The notes under the pieces were generated by a model, which was given only the letters and a program-made list of their open reading frames with translations, did not search any database and was not told the origin of the DNA. A stretch of 64,000 nt of DNA. Origin: Vicugna vicugna. Its lineage: Eukaryota. The DNA lies in contig MU057984.1 in assembly GCA_013265495.1 (NCBI GenBank), positions 372,001 to 436,000 of the forward strand, written 5' to 3'. A program made the position numbers and the translations under genes. Positions 51,071-64,000 of this stretch are shown here, in pieces. Positions within the stretch are counted from its first letter, which is position 1, and each line of letters begins with the position of its first letter.

Positions 51071-54000
51071 TGCAGTCCCTTCTCTTCCCATTTTCATCAA
51101 TGCATCTCAATCTTGATTTCTAATCAGAAAAATCTAACAGGTGAGATGATCATCTGGCACAGCAAGCTGTACAAATTGCTCACCTAAAACTCTTGGTGTG
51201 TTTTATAACAGAGGAGATACACATAGGTCAATATATCATTTGAGCAGTCCTATTTAATCAAGGAGAGACACAATGGCCAGTTAAGAACTTTATATCCCTC
51301 CTAAATCCATGAAGCCCCTTTTGAGAGCAAGGAATCTTGAGGTTCTTGTTGGAATTCTATTGACAGTAAATGTGCAATGCACGTCTTAGTCAATTTTCCC
51401 CATGCTCAACTTTTATTCATTAGTATGAACTCATTATATATATCACATATCACTCATCTCCTGCAATAACTATTACTTGAATACCTAATGACCAAGGTGT
51501 ACAGTATGGTTTTTAAAGTTATGGTTTTATCAAGTGGGAACCAACTGAATGCAAGTAGACAACACTTTTACTTTGAAAATAAGGGCATGACTACATACTC
51601 CAAGATTCACTATAATGCCATTCACCTTTAAATAAAATTCAAGCATTTAAATGATAAATTTTAAGCAGTCTGCAGAAATTCTGAAACACAATGACTAAAG
51701 CATTTTTTTTATATTAGTTTCTATTGGTTGGAATACTGAAAATGTTCAGGCTATAGGTAAAGATCAAAGAAATTTAAGTAGTCAAATTACATAAAATTAA
51801 GGATATTAAGATAGTTCAATACATTTAATAAAAGCAATTAAATGAGGAGTAGAAGTAATATCATTAGCTTTATGTTGAATATTAATTTGGATATTTGTAA
51901 AGAGAAAAAAATTTCAATTAGTTGTATCATATTCTGTCCTTTCTTTTTAACTTGAAGGAAGTAAATGAATTCTTCTAATAAGCATAGAAAGCCTAGGTTT
52001 GAAGATCAGCTATCTAACATGAAAAACCCCAAACTACAGATGGCAATAGTTACAGAAAACTAATGACTACAGAATCTAAACCAAGTTGTGACTGGGAAAG
52101 ACACATATACAAGAGATCTCGGGGCCATCAGTGATACTCTATTTCCTGACCAGAATTGTAAATACGAGGTTTACTTCACAATGATTTGCTAAAATGCATA
52201 AATTAGTTTCACATAGTTTGATCTGTATTGTTTTAGAAGGAAAAAAAAGACCTTTCAAAACAAGCTAAACAATGAATCAAAAAAGCAACTTGTAAACCAA
52301 ATGCCCTCAAATTGATACTGCTGGGGTGGTTGAAAGTTATCATTATAGAATTATCACTTCCACTGAGTAGAAATTTCAAATAGACTGGAAATTTCCTTGC
52401 AAATATGGAGTCAATGCTGGCAGTTAAGAATTGGGAAGGTTAGCACAAATATCTCCCCACATTATCCCCAAACTAAGATTAGAGTCAGCCATCAAGGACA
52501 GCAGCAAGCAACCTTCAGCTCAATAGAGAAAAAGCCCAAACACCAAACCATGAAGTATGTGAACAAACCTCTTTTTATTCATAGTAGATCAGGATACAGT
52601 TATACCAGTATACTCGTTTGAAGGAATTTGAAATGCAGAATAGACAAACCTAGAAGTCAGGATATGTTTAAAAACAGATTCAAGGATTCACCACAAACAG
52701 AAAAAGATGAACATATCTGAGCAGCAAAATGAAAATTCAGGAAAGTTGGGGTGATGTGCAGTCCTGTCACCCTCTTCCACACAGACCCTCCTAAAACAAC
52801 CATCACCAAGCCTGTTGGTGCAGACTGGGTGCCAGTGTCAGAGCCCGGGGGGTGTCGTGGAACTTCTGTTGAAGAGACCAAGTCTGCAGTTTCCTGATAG
52901 GCCCGACTGTAGGAAATGCAAATTCGAACACTAATAAGGGTTTATAAAACATAAAAAAATTAAAATTTAACAAAATATTCAAAATACTGAAAAAAAGAAA
53001 GAGCCGCTACTATTTGGGGTAGAGTCTGCATCACTCAGAGGCCATCCTCTTCAGAGAAACAGAATCCCCTTTCTCAAGTGTCAGCAGGACACACAGCGAC
53101 ACAGGTACACACCAACATGTGCCCATGGGACTAAGCCTGGGTCAGTGACAAATTAGCAAAAGTGATGAGTGCTTGTTCCGGTCCATCTCCTTACAAACTC
53201 GTGTCCTACCTTCTCTGCATTCTATTACATTAGCCTAGAAACGACCACAGCAGGAAGCCACCTCAGAAGCCAGGTGTTAAAAATGATAGAGCTGACCCAC
53301 ATACCCCAGTCTGCCTTCCCACTCCATTCTACTGGGTCCCATATGTGGGGGGAAAAGCCATACATTAATAGGCACAATATTATCTTAAAATAATCCATAT
53401 ATATATTTATGTATACACACAGAGATAGGGTTGCATTTATTTGTAAAGCCAAAGGTGATAAAGAAAAGACATCATATTTTTAATATATGATGTGATCATG
53501 TGTAAAACTGAAAGCTGGAGAAGTTAGGGATCAATGGTATGTTTTAAACTTTTGTAAACTTGTGAATTGTTATAATGAGCATGTGTTCCCGTTTGTTATT
53601 TAAATGCATAATTTTCTATGCATAAGGCAAATGTAGCAATCAAATATTATAATCTTGTTAAAATAGTTTCTTGATTAACCAATTCATATTAAAAACAGGT
53701 GAGGAACTGGGCAGCCAGACTGGGACTGAGTAAGGAGAGATAGAGAGGACTACTAGGAGGTCCCAAAGTGGCAGCCAACTGTGTCCAACTTCTAGAAGCT
53801 CTGTGAAGACCAGCAACCAGATAGGTGCTCACAGTTACTAAGGAAAAGACAAAGGGAAAGACACTGGAACTTCCTCTAAAATGAAAAATCTCGAGGCAGG
53901 GCAGCACCTCTCCAACCAACTATTACTGACTCCAAAGAGAATGGGGCTGGAGAGAAGAAAAAGGAGGAAAAGAGAGAAATCGCCTCATTTATGGTTAACT

Positions 54001-55341
54001 TTTTATTCTACAACCTGGTATTAAAAGTACCATGATTTTAAAAATCTGAGATAATATGGTAAATATTCTCTTGGAAGTTTTGGGCTTTTGTAATTTCTAT
54101 ACAAAGCTTAAACCCCACACAAGTGAATAATGAACAAATCATAATTATGAACATTTTTCCATTGACAGTTTATTATAATACACCAGTATCTTCTGTTTTG
54201 GTTAAATATAAACAAACATCCTACTTTATAACAGAGACTGTGCAATAGTCCTGTGATTTGTTTTGACAGATCTACCATGAAAATAATGTTCTTGAAAGAA
54301 TGAAGGTGCCATTACAAACTGCCTTCCATAAGGCTAGGTCAAAGAGTAAGGAATAGATGATTATATCAGAACAAAGCATAGTCCTTTATGAACTGTACTC
54401 CCCCTACTGACTGCCCATTCTATTTCCACTCACACCATCAAAAAAGGTAGACATGGTATCATGCATAACCCAGACCCCTCCCCAAACACAAAAGATAATA
54501 TTTCAAGGCACCACTCCAACACTGTCTTCAGTTATGATCTATTAGATGGTTACTGAAATCCCCTTGAGATTTCCCATTATCTGACTTTCAGCAGCCACAA
54601 TGCTAAAACTCTAGGTGCTCCATTGTCAATGGGCAGCAGGTTTGTGCTAAGAATGGAGTCTCCAAAAGATGAACATATCCTAAACACTGCTCTTCTGAAT
54701 CCATAAGAGGAGCTATGAATATCTCCAAAGTTGCTTCTAGCTACCTGGTAATGTCCCTCAGAGGTTCTTAATCACTTTCTGTACTTATTTTAAATATTAA
54801 TTTAAATAATCTTTGTAACTATCCAATCACATCCTTATTTTAAATATCCAAATATCCTAGAAAAGCACATAAAGAGCAGATACTAATTTACACTATAGTT
54901 ACTCAAGTGGCCTTGCTAACCTGAATGCATTAACGCTCCACATGCCTCTGGGTCTGATTCATTCTCTGCTGGTCTCCTTTATGTGATGCAGGTTGCTACT
55001 ATTTCAAAAACAGTAAGGTCTCTGTGAGAGGCATGATAAAATACTTTTAAAAATACTAGAAACAGACCCAAAGTTGCCAAGGACACCCTACACAAAAACC
55101 AAATTATGCACTGAGTAAACAATAATTAGAATCAGTTTTCCTTACTCCTCATTTCCTTTTTACTGTACTGAATGCTTTTAAAACTACATAATTTTAATTT
55201 AAGTTACTGTCAATGCCCTATTACTTTAACAAGGTAAGCATAACTAGTTTTATTATGCATCAAAAATGTTTTTTAATCCATAACAAGGTTGATAAAATGC
55301 TACTGTATATACATAAAGAGTTGATAAAATTAAGAGCTGGA

Positions 55342-55920
55342 TGTTCTGAATTTTAAACAAGAGATCTGTGTAAGCAGCTCTTTGCAGGAAAGAGCCCTTT
55401 CCAGGAAGCAGCTCTCGGCAAGGGGCGCTTCTGTCTTGTCACTTTAGCAAAGCTGTATTTTAACTAACCTTGGCCCCGAGCACATCTTTCAAACCTTTTG
55501 ATCACTCAATGCCTCGCCTAATCTGTTGATTTTTTTCTTAATGAAGTAGATAGAAATGAAGAATAAATAATTAACAGATAACTAGATCTGTTCCCCAGAT
55601 TCCCCTGCAGTAACCTCACAAGTAAACTGCATGAACAGAAAGCATCTAAGGAAACATCACGAGTCAAGAAGCCTGCACGCAGTGGGAGATGGCTAAGGAT
55701 CTGGTCCCCATCTTGATGATTAACTGAAATTTCTTCACCTTTTTCCCTTTAAAAGCTTTCACAGCTAACTAGAACCTCTGGAGTTGGTTCTAGAATACAA
55801 GTCTGCCTTCTTCCCACGTTATGAGCCTCCTGAATAAAGCAAACTTCCCGTTCCAACCAGCACTTGTCTCTAGAGTATTGGCTTTCCAGTAGTGAGCAGT
55901 CGAACCTGAGTTTGGTAACA
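55342..55920 (+). mobile_element. ERV1 solo LTR, MER41-like
   Basis: ccctttaaaagc, cctgaataaagcaaac and end gtgagcagtcgaacctgagtttggtaaca. The 3' end is similar to 38554-38838. The 5' boundary is uncertain. Confidence 0.65.
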
Positions 55921-56668
55921 ACTGCACATTTTAAAATATATTTCTTCCACCAGCAAAATGTTCAGTATACTTGTAATTAAGACTGTGTGCTTCATCTCTG
56001 AAGTTAGAAAGGAATGATTTATATTAATGAATAAGGTAGAAATTATAATTTATCATTTAAGCTCCCACGAATGCATTAATTCATCTGCATATGCAAAATC
56101 CTTATTGTACTTGTTTTAACATCAGAAGATATATATAACCCTGTACCTTAAAACCAGTAACTTGCAAAAGAGAACAAGACTGTGATTACTTATTTTTAAG
56201 AAAAGCCCAAGAATTCTGCTAAACCATATCTTGCTCATGATTAAGAAAACAACAAATTGTATTGGTTTCTTTCGAGTGAGCAACTCAGTCAGGCACTACC
56301 CAGGAGTTTGTGTGCCAAGAAATTCACAGAGCAGACACTTCAGTGGCAGCTTTACAGCTAAGGACGCTGAAGCTTCTGAACACCAGTCAATTGCAAATGT
56401 ACAGGACCCCTGGCTCCTGATGTCATTAGAACTACATTAATTTTGCTATTTGGAAAGACAACTATATTTCATAAGAAAAAAGGGGGTGATATTCAAAATA
56501 TTCATCTCTAAATATCAATGAATCCTACAATCTAAAAGGGAAGTTTATATCAATATCTAGTATAAGGGCCTGACAATGAGCTTTTTTGATTGTAATTTAA
56601 GTGTCTGACATTAAACTTTTGATTGTGAACTTCTCTACTTCAAAGATATCCATTTCAAATAAACATAC

Positions 56669-57189
56669 TGGCAGGAACACAGTAGATAAAGAGCCAAGCA
56701 GCCCCACCCATGCAATTCCCCTTTTTAGAAAGCTCTGGTTGACCTAGATAACTGACCAGACTCACTGCTTATTTTTTCCCTCCTGTGCTTTAATTCCCAC
56801 ACTTACATTTTAAATTTACCAATAAAGAGTGAACCTGTGAAACCCTAGGCACCCCACCTTAGACCCCAATAAAGGTGGAACACAGGCCTGTGCTCACCTG
56901 CTCCCCATCTCTACCCTCCCCAACCCCACCTCACTGTGTGGCCCTAAGAATGCTGTGCACCCTTCAGTACCTATGAGTAGTAAACCTTGTTTTTTCAAAA
57001 TTCCCTGACAGCTGTTGTTGAAGTGTATCTTGCAATCATAATAGGAACCACCAAGGCAGGTCCAGCCACAATGGCTCAGAAAGGGGAAATGTCTGTGGAG
57101 GCTCCCCTAAGGAATAAGGGATCAGGTGAGCGCCCTCAAATTTCTAGCCAATGGCATCACTACTGATAGGCAGAGACAGACTCAAAACA
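56669..57189 (+). mobile_element. Solo LTR (MER73/MER74-like, uncertain)
   Basis: TG...CA ends, ccaataaa twice, agtaaacc poly(A)-like signal, end gagacagactcaaaaca. Confidence 0.5.
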
Positions 57190-57988
57190 AAATAGTACAG
57201 GATCCTTAGAACTCTGGCAATGACAGTATCTAGCCTTTAGTTACCAGGTCTTCAGTGGGTCCAAGGTCCAGAAGAAGTTGTCAGGGCAGGTCAGGCCCAG
57301 GGTGTGAGTACTTAGGACTGCATGGTTACCAATCCACCAAGAAATATTTCAAGATTTTTTCCACTGGAAAGGATATATACTATGTACCAGCTAAACCGCA
57401 GCTCTGATTTTAGTTCAACCTCTATACCAAATATCCCTGTACTATTTTTACTGTACATTTCTAATTGGCCTTTCACTTAGAATATAATAGGTGGTTTAAC
57501 TTGTATTAAAACAAAATCTTCCTATTCAAGCAATCAATTATATACTACCATATGACATATGGTAACTGAAAAATAAGTTTATTCAGTTTTCTTACTAAAC
57601 TGACCATGTTACAGCAATAAAATCTTAGGGCTTGAAAAGTTAAATGGAAGTAAAGTTGTATGATAGAGATAATAGAACTTGATCACAAATCTAGGCTCTC
57701 TCACTCTACAACTGGATGAGGTTCCAGAAGATAAATAACAGTAGTAGTACTTCAATTTCCTCTGCTATAAATTTGAGAGTATACCTTACAATGTAGATCT
57801 CCTAAACAGATTAAGGTAGATAATGTATTAGCAAATTAAAACAAACTTACTCTAAAAGACCGAAGGGTATTTAAAGAGTCTCACAGCAACACCATTTTCT
57901 AATGGTAGTGTTATTTCTTGCCAAATGTTTAACTGTTCCACTATTTAATCTTTCTGGACAGCATTCTTTTATTAATTATTTTTAGGTC

Positions 57989-58465
57989 CAGTGCTTCACA
58001 AACTTTACTGTGTACATGAATCACATGGGGATATTTTTAAAATATATACAGACTCCTTAGGTCTGGAGTGGACCTGAAATTCTGCCTTTCAAACAAGCTC
58101 AATTATCTGTCCCCAGACTAGCAACCTCAGTACTAAATGGGAACCTGTTAGACATCCGAATCTTCAGGTCCTATCCAAGAGTCAACCAAATCAGGAGTTC
58201 TGGGGATAGGACTCGGGGATGGGGCTTGGAATCTGTTTTAACAAGTCCTCCAAGTGAGTTAAATGTAAAGTTGGTAAAGTTGGAGAACCTTAAGCAAGGA
58301 TTCTCAGCTTTGGCTTCCCATTAGAATTCAGCAGGGAGCTTTTAAAATTAAAAAAAAAAAAGTCACCCTGTAGACAAATTTTATCATAGTCTCTGGGTTG
58401 CACTGAATCATGTGTATTTTTAAAATACCCCAGGTGATTCCAGCACCCAGCCATAAGAATCACTG
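57989..58465. mobile_element. Cluster of about three MER5-like hAT MITEs
   Basis: cagtgcttcacaaact...; aatctgttttaacaagtcctccaagtga; ...ccccaggtgattc...taagaatcactg. Confidence 0.7.
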
Positions 58466-61400
58466 CTCTAGAAGAAAACAGCTGATATCTGAATAGCACC
58501 CCCACCACATCTATTGATATATAAGTCATTTAGATTTCTTTTAATTGGCTGAAATTTGAATTTTCAATTACTCATGTTACCTCTATTACAAAACAGATGA
58601 AATGTTTTCTTTTACTCTAAAGTTACTGAAATTAAATTTGGACACTAAAAACCTATGGAAGATATAATGAGTTTTGAGTATAATGCATATGTGTTAAATA
58701 TTTGGGGGACTAAAAAATGCATGAAGAACCTCAGAGTTCTAACATGCCACATTCCTAATAATGAATTCTCAGTTAATGTTTGCTATTTTAACAATGAGGC
58801 ACTGCTAACTCAGGTTAATCTCCTAGTTACCTGAAACATGAAGTAGAAATTACTCTCGATTTTATCAATGTAAATACCTTATTATATATGAGGTTAATTA
58901 TAGGAAAATATTAAACTATCTTTGGCAATCTTAGGCTTTCTATAAAATTAGTCACCCAAAGCCATAACTTTCAGTCTTTGCAAGGTCTAGGTAAAGTAAC
59001 AGTGAACTTATAAAGCAAGAGCAAGTAGCAAGACTTCATTCTCCTAATTACAAGTTCCTTCAGGGTATAATGTTCCCTTGTCCTTCATCTGGAGTGGAAA
59101 CCACAGTGAAAAATAGGGGATTACACCATTATGGCACCTCTTAATCCATTTGATATCTGTGTGAATTCCCAGATAAGACACATTTTCAAACATAAGAACA
59201 CATAATTCTGAAACATAATATAGATGATTTGGAGATTATCCAAAGAATTTCTCACCCTCACGACAGCTGGATTCCTACCCCTGTCCCTTCTCTTTCTGCT
59301 CAAAACTGTCTGTATGGGGATTTATCTTTTACCCAGGGTGAACCCAATTACTCTCTGAATAGTAGAAATCCAATCACTCTCATATCACTATAGTAGCCCT
59401 GAGATCACTCTTGAAATCTAGAATACTGACTGTAAAACTAATGCCAAGTCTAGAACATTTACTCACATATTACAACATACTAGCACAGGGACTGTTCTGA
59501 GCATTTTACAAGTATTTTCTAACTAAATATTCATATCACCATCTGCTCAAAGATCACATCCTCAGAGATGCCTCATCTGTCTGATACATGGAGGTATCCC
59601 TTATTCTCGATCTCATTAAACTCATATACTTTCCTTATTAAACCGCGGTATTATTTATCAGTTGTCTCCTACATTACAATGTTAAACTCAAACTCCTAAT
59701 TTATCCCCTCTCACACTCAGGGGATATTTCTTAATTCCCTAATTCTAGAGAGCAGAGCCTATTTAAAACTTTAAGTTCAAAATGTACTTAATATAATTAT
59801 AAACTAAATTCCTCCGAATATAACGGCAATATAAAAACTAAAATCTTAAGTCCAGGAAAAAAAAAACACAAAACATATTCTAGATACTCAAGAAGCCATT
59901 TTACTCAGATAAATCTCCCTTTCCCTCCCCTTGCCTCTCAAAAACACACACACGCTCCTGCTTTGTTACTTCATATGCCAAAAGTAAAAATAAGGAAAAT
60001 CAAGAAGAAAAAATGGAATTGATGAGGACATAAGGAAGATAACAAGTGAATCTAAAATACAGGTAAATTCAAAAAGGAGCAAGGAGAGGAAATGTATTTT
60101 ACTATTGTGGTCCTTGACTCCCTCAAAAATCTTTTTTTTTCCCTTTTTTATTGAGGTATAGTTGATTTACAATGTTCGGTTAGTTTCTGAAAAAACATTC
60201 TCAATATCATTTAAGTGACTTTATAAATGGACACAAAAATCCCATATAAAACCATAAACTTCTAAAATAAGATATAATTTTATTTCAATAGTAAGCACAT
60301 GCTTCCTTTTTGTGAGAAAATATTTTCATTTTTACAAGGAATGTATTTTTCATTTTGAAATTTCATTGATGTGTGAAATGTACAATTTCAAAAGAGCACT
60401 TTAGCAGTTGTTTTGATACTAGGTTTCAATTTCATACATTGATTTGAAGCGTTTTGCAAACACTATTAATTTAAAATATCTAAAAGTTATATAAGTATCT
60501 ATATAAATTTATTTTTAAGTAAATATCTTCTGTAGAGTTGTTTGCTGATGGTAGTTCTAACACAGGCTATCTCAGTGAAACTATAAACATTCACTTTATT
60601 TATGCTATAACAATGGAGACAATTTTTGGGTTTTTGCCTCATCAATACATCATCAATAGAAAAATAAAAATAAATGAATAATATCCAAGTTTTCAGTGAG
60701 TGGACATTAATTACTATCATGATCAGATGTCAAACATGGAATCTTCATTAATGTATTCTATTCAGAGCATATTTCTTGATCAATTCCCTAATTCTAGAGT
60801 GTAGAGTCTATTTAAGACCTATGCAGCCATCCCCAATACCCCCACCACCCCAGGACATTATTAGTTGCTCCTTTTGTGTTGCATTCTCTATTTACCTCTA
60901 TTGGTACCAAATACTTGTTTAAAGTCTACCTTCCCTATTATATTGACCTCTAACAAGGAAAGACCACTTTCTTTTTCATCTTTGCTTCCCCAATATCTTG
61001 GGCAGAGTACACAAGGATTACTCACAATAAATATACACTAAAAGATGAAAAGTAATAAAAGAATCATGAGAATCAAATTTATTCCAAAGAGGCTGAGGTG
61101 AAAGGGAGGTTCCTAGGGAATTTATTGCTGGAAGACCTCATTTATCTCAATGGGATGAAAGATGGAATGCCTGGCAAGAGAAAGGCAGGCAGCTTTGGAG
61201 AGTTCAAAAGAGAACCTTATAAGGACTTAACAAAGCATCAGTAAAAGGATTTGCCAGGATTAAGGTTCCAGGGAATGTTCATGATTTTGTTTCCTTGCAC
61301 ATGGAAAAGCCTCCTGGAGCCCATTTAGGATTTTCAAAGTTTTTAAATTAGTTCCAAAAGGTCTGCTTTATCCCAAACCTGCTGAGGGTTGAAATGGAGT

Positions 61401-62519
61401 TTCGGGTCAGGGAAGAAGGGTGGGGAAAGCCAGTTAAGAGCAAACAAGTCTCAAGGCTGAAAGGAAGCACACAACAACAAAAAGAAAAGGCACAAAAATC
61501 ATCAAACAGATGACCCTCCTCCTTCTAGAGACTGTTTTCAGGTCTCCTTACATCCTGTTTGCTGACCAGACGTCAACATGACACAACAATTAAATCTGTT
61601 CCTGCCTCTCTTAGAGGCAACTGTACCACCATCCAAGAAACCATCTAGTTAGCACAGCACTTAGTGAAATTATTTCCTTCCTCATCCTGTTAATGTGGTC
61701 TGAGAGCTTCGCTCATGGATAAGCTATTATTGATTTTTACTGGTGAGTGCAAAGGTACACCTTATGTAGTGCCTTCGGCAAAGTGTGAATTTGTGGACTA
61801 GAGCAAAGTAAAGCTAAACTCCTATGAACAAGGTCAATAACATACAAAGAGGCGGAATTCCTCCCAGGACAGAGACATGGAGTTTAGTTCTTGATAGGAG
61901 CCTAAAGCAATGCCATTTAAAAAAAATTTTTATGTCAACAAAAGAGGGACTTTTAGCATCAAAAGAGAAAAATGGGGGTCTGAGAGGTGTAATTTAGATG
62001 AATTGATCCATCAACATACATGAAAATGGGACACGGAAGCTAGAGCTCAAATCTACATGAACTGCATCCTGGATACGGTCATACTTTGCCTTGGATGCAA
62101 CATTCTAGCATCATCTGACTCACATCCTTCTAACTCCTAACACAGAAATCAATCCTTTGACCATAAATATACTATATAGTAATGATCTCACTCAAAGTTA
62201 ATAAACTATCACACAGAGTACATATTCATTTTCAGTATACAAATTCACTTTACACTATAAACATTTTTACCAAATTTTACTGCTCTACACATTCACCTCA
62301 TAATTTGGTGAGTCAATCTCAAGGTGTAATATAAAAGGAGAATTTCTGGCCCTACAAGATCTGAAATCCAGAAACATGGTTTAACCAAGGTGTGCTTTAA
62401 TTTCCTTGAGCCTGTTAAAGGAACATGTAACAAAGTCCTATTGGTTCAAAACTCCTTATGCTGATGTTTCTTATTTTCATTTACTATTTCCTTTGTCCCA
62501 GTTCTTGTACACTTAACAA

Positions 62520-62700
62520 TAATTAACTCAATGAATTTCTCACAATTACAGGTGAGCTAGATTTTGCTATTACCCCTATGTTACAGGTGAGGGAACTGAG
62601 AGGCTCAGACTAAATAACTTCATCAAAGTTAACAGAGCCAGGATTCAAACCTAGGCAGCCTAGCTCCAGATTACATGTCAGCAGCCAGTATTACACTGTT
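62520..62700 (-). mobile_element. MIR SINE fragment
   Basis: ttacaggtgagggaactgagaggctcaga...gagccaggattcaaacctaggcag. Confidence 0.75.
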
Positions 62701-62863
62701 TCTCATGAAAGCATCATTACACTGGGAACTTCTTAAAGAAAATCTTTATGTCCAAAATCATTATTTTAGATGTCTCTCTTTTTAACATTTTGTAATAGTG
62801 TAGAATAAAAACCTACTATTCTTCACTGTCAGACACAAAAGAATCTACATTTAAATGTCTTAC

Positions 62864-63073
62864 CGGTTATTGCTGTTATCGCAGAAAAGAACATGGGTGA
62901 AAAATGACACAGGTTTAGATGATTTGAAGCTGAAGTGGCATGTTAGCGCAGCGCTAGTTCCACTGGGAGAGCCTGTGATGACTTGGCCTTTTGGAAAATT
63001 CGCAGAAAGAGGCTGAATCTCATCACCATTAAGAAGCGTTGCTGGGGGAATCTGGACACTTAAAGTTGAATCT
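62864..63073 (-). CDS. CFAP47: CFAP47 internal coding exon A (210 nt, phase 2 to 2)
   Basis: Acceptor caaacag|AGAT and donor AACCG|gtaag. Encodes DSTLSVQIPPATLLNGDEIQPLSANFPKGQVITGSPSGTSAALTCHFSFKSSKPVSFFTHVLFCDNSNN(R) and joins exon B in frame. Resembles recalled CFAP47 sequence. Confidence 0.9.
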
Positions 63074-64000
63074 CTGTTTGAGATTTAAAAAAAAAATATT
63101 TAGCTCAAAATACACACAAACAATTGGATTTAAATGCATTTTTCTCTGTTTTTTGAATCTTTAGGAAAATTAAAACAAAAAATATTTACAATAATATGCC
63201 CAATTACTAAAAATATTTTTGTATCAGCTCTCATTTTCTGGTCACAACATAAGTAAAACTGATAATATGTTAATTTAACTAAGAACCACATAAGATAATC
63301 AGAACTTCTTTTTGTCCTCTCAGAATTCAAAACAGGGTTAAAACATGATTAAATATAATGTGTTTTCAATCACAGCCATGATAAAAACAGTATTATCCTT
63401 AAATATGTCCTGACAAAAATTTACTAAAAATTACCACTTTAATAGCTACAGCTTTATTGCATGTAGACTAAACAATATTAACAAATGCATACACATATCA
63501 TTTTTTAAAAATTTTTATACTATTATGCACTTGTATACATACATCATTAATTTTTTTCAATCATTACTATTAAAAATTCTACTTGATGTTCACATATTTC
63601 ACTATATATTATATTTAGCCAACCTAAAATGTTGGTGATTTTTAATAGCACAGTATGTAGTATTCACTTTCAATTCTACTTAATACTTGATAACTTTTAG
63701 TTGTCAATAAATATTTCACCATATTACTTTGTTTTATTTTATTATATATGTAGGTTCCTAAAGCAAATAAGTGTTATCAGATGGAAATTTTCCCTAGTAT
63801 TCTAATTAAAATGAGGATTGTTCAGCTAATTAACGAGAAAAAGTAAAGAAAGATCTCAAGAAAAGATCTAAGTAAAGAAAGAAACCTTGAGTTAGTGAAA
63901 TCCATACAGTTCACTTGATAAAACATGAAAAAGTAGTTTATAAATTCAGGTTTGAATCCAATTCTGTTGCTAATTAACTAAGGGTCATTAGATAAGTCAT

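Noticed and set aside
59121..59303. Minus-strand ORF as a cassette exon (also 60499-60720)
   Set aside because: No good acceptor/donor pair in the right phase and no recognisable homology.
62944..62956. Palindrome tagcgc-a-gcgcta
   Set aside because: Short, inside a coding exon and expected by chance.
1..64000. CRISPR arrays, operons or prokaryotic defence systems
   Set aside because: The sequence is mammalian intron/exon DNA with no regular repeat-spacer array or dense coding.

Overview
AT-rich mammalian genomic DNA, most likely from a camelid (two camelid-type tRNA-derived SINEs). The window is an internal part of a large gene on the minus strand that I recognise as CFAP47 (cilia- and flagella-associated protein 47; X-linked in human, historically split into CXorf22, CXorf59/CHDC2 and CXorf30). 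Eight GT-AG coding exons (63073-62864, 39235-39135, 35315-35190, 34033-33805, 26303-26082, 15584-15503, 14596-14468, 197-5; 1292 nt) splice with consistent phases into one uninterrupted frame of about 430 codons. The rest is intron filled with LINE-1, L2, MIR, ERV/MaLR solo LTRs, DNA-transposon relics and microsatellites. Nearly all other ORFs in the track are TE fragments or chance. I found no strong evidence of a new biological system. The best lead is a candidate in-frame alternative terminal exon with a complete poly(A) site (52906-~52551) in the 23.6 kb intron, within a segment that looks foreign to its surroundings. Gene and repeat-family names come from recall, not database searches, and old-repeat boundaries are approximate.
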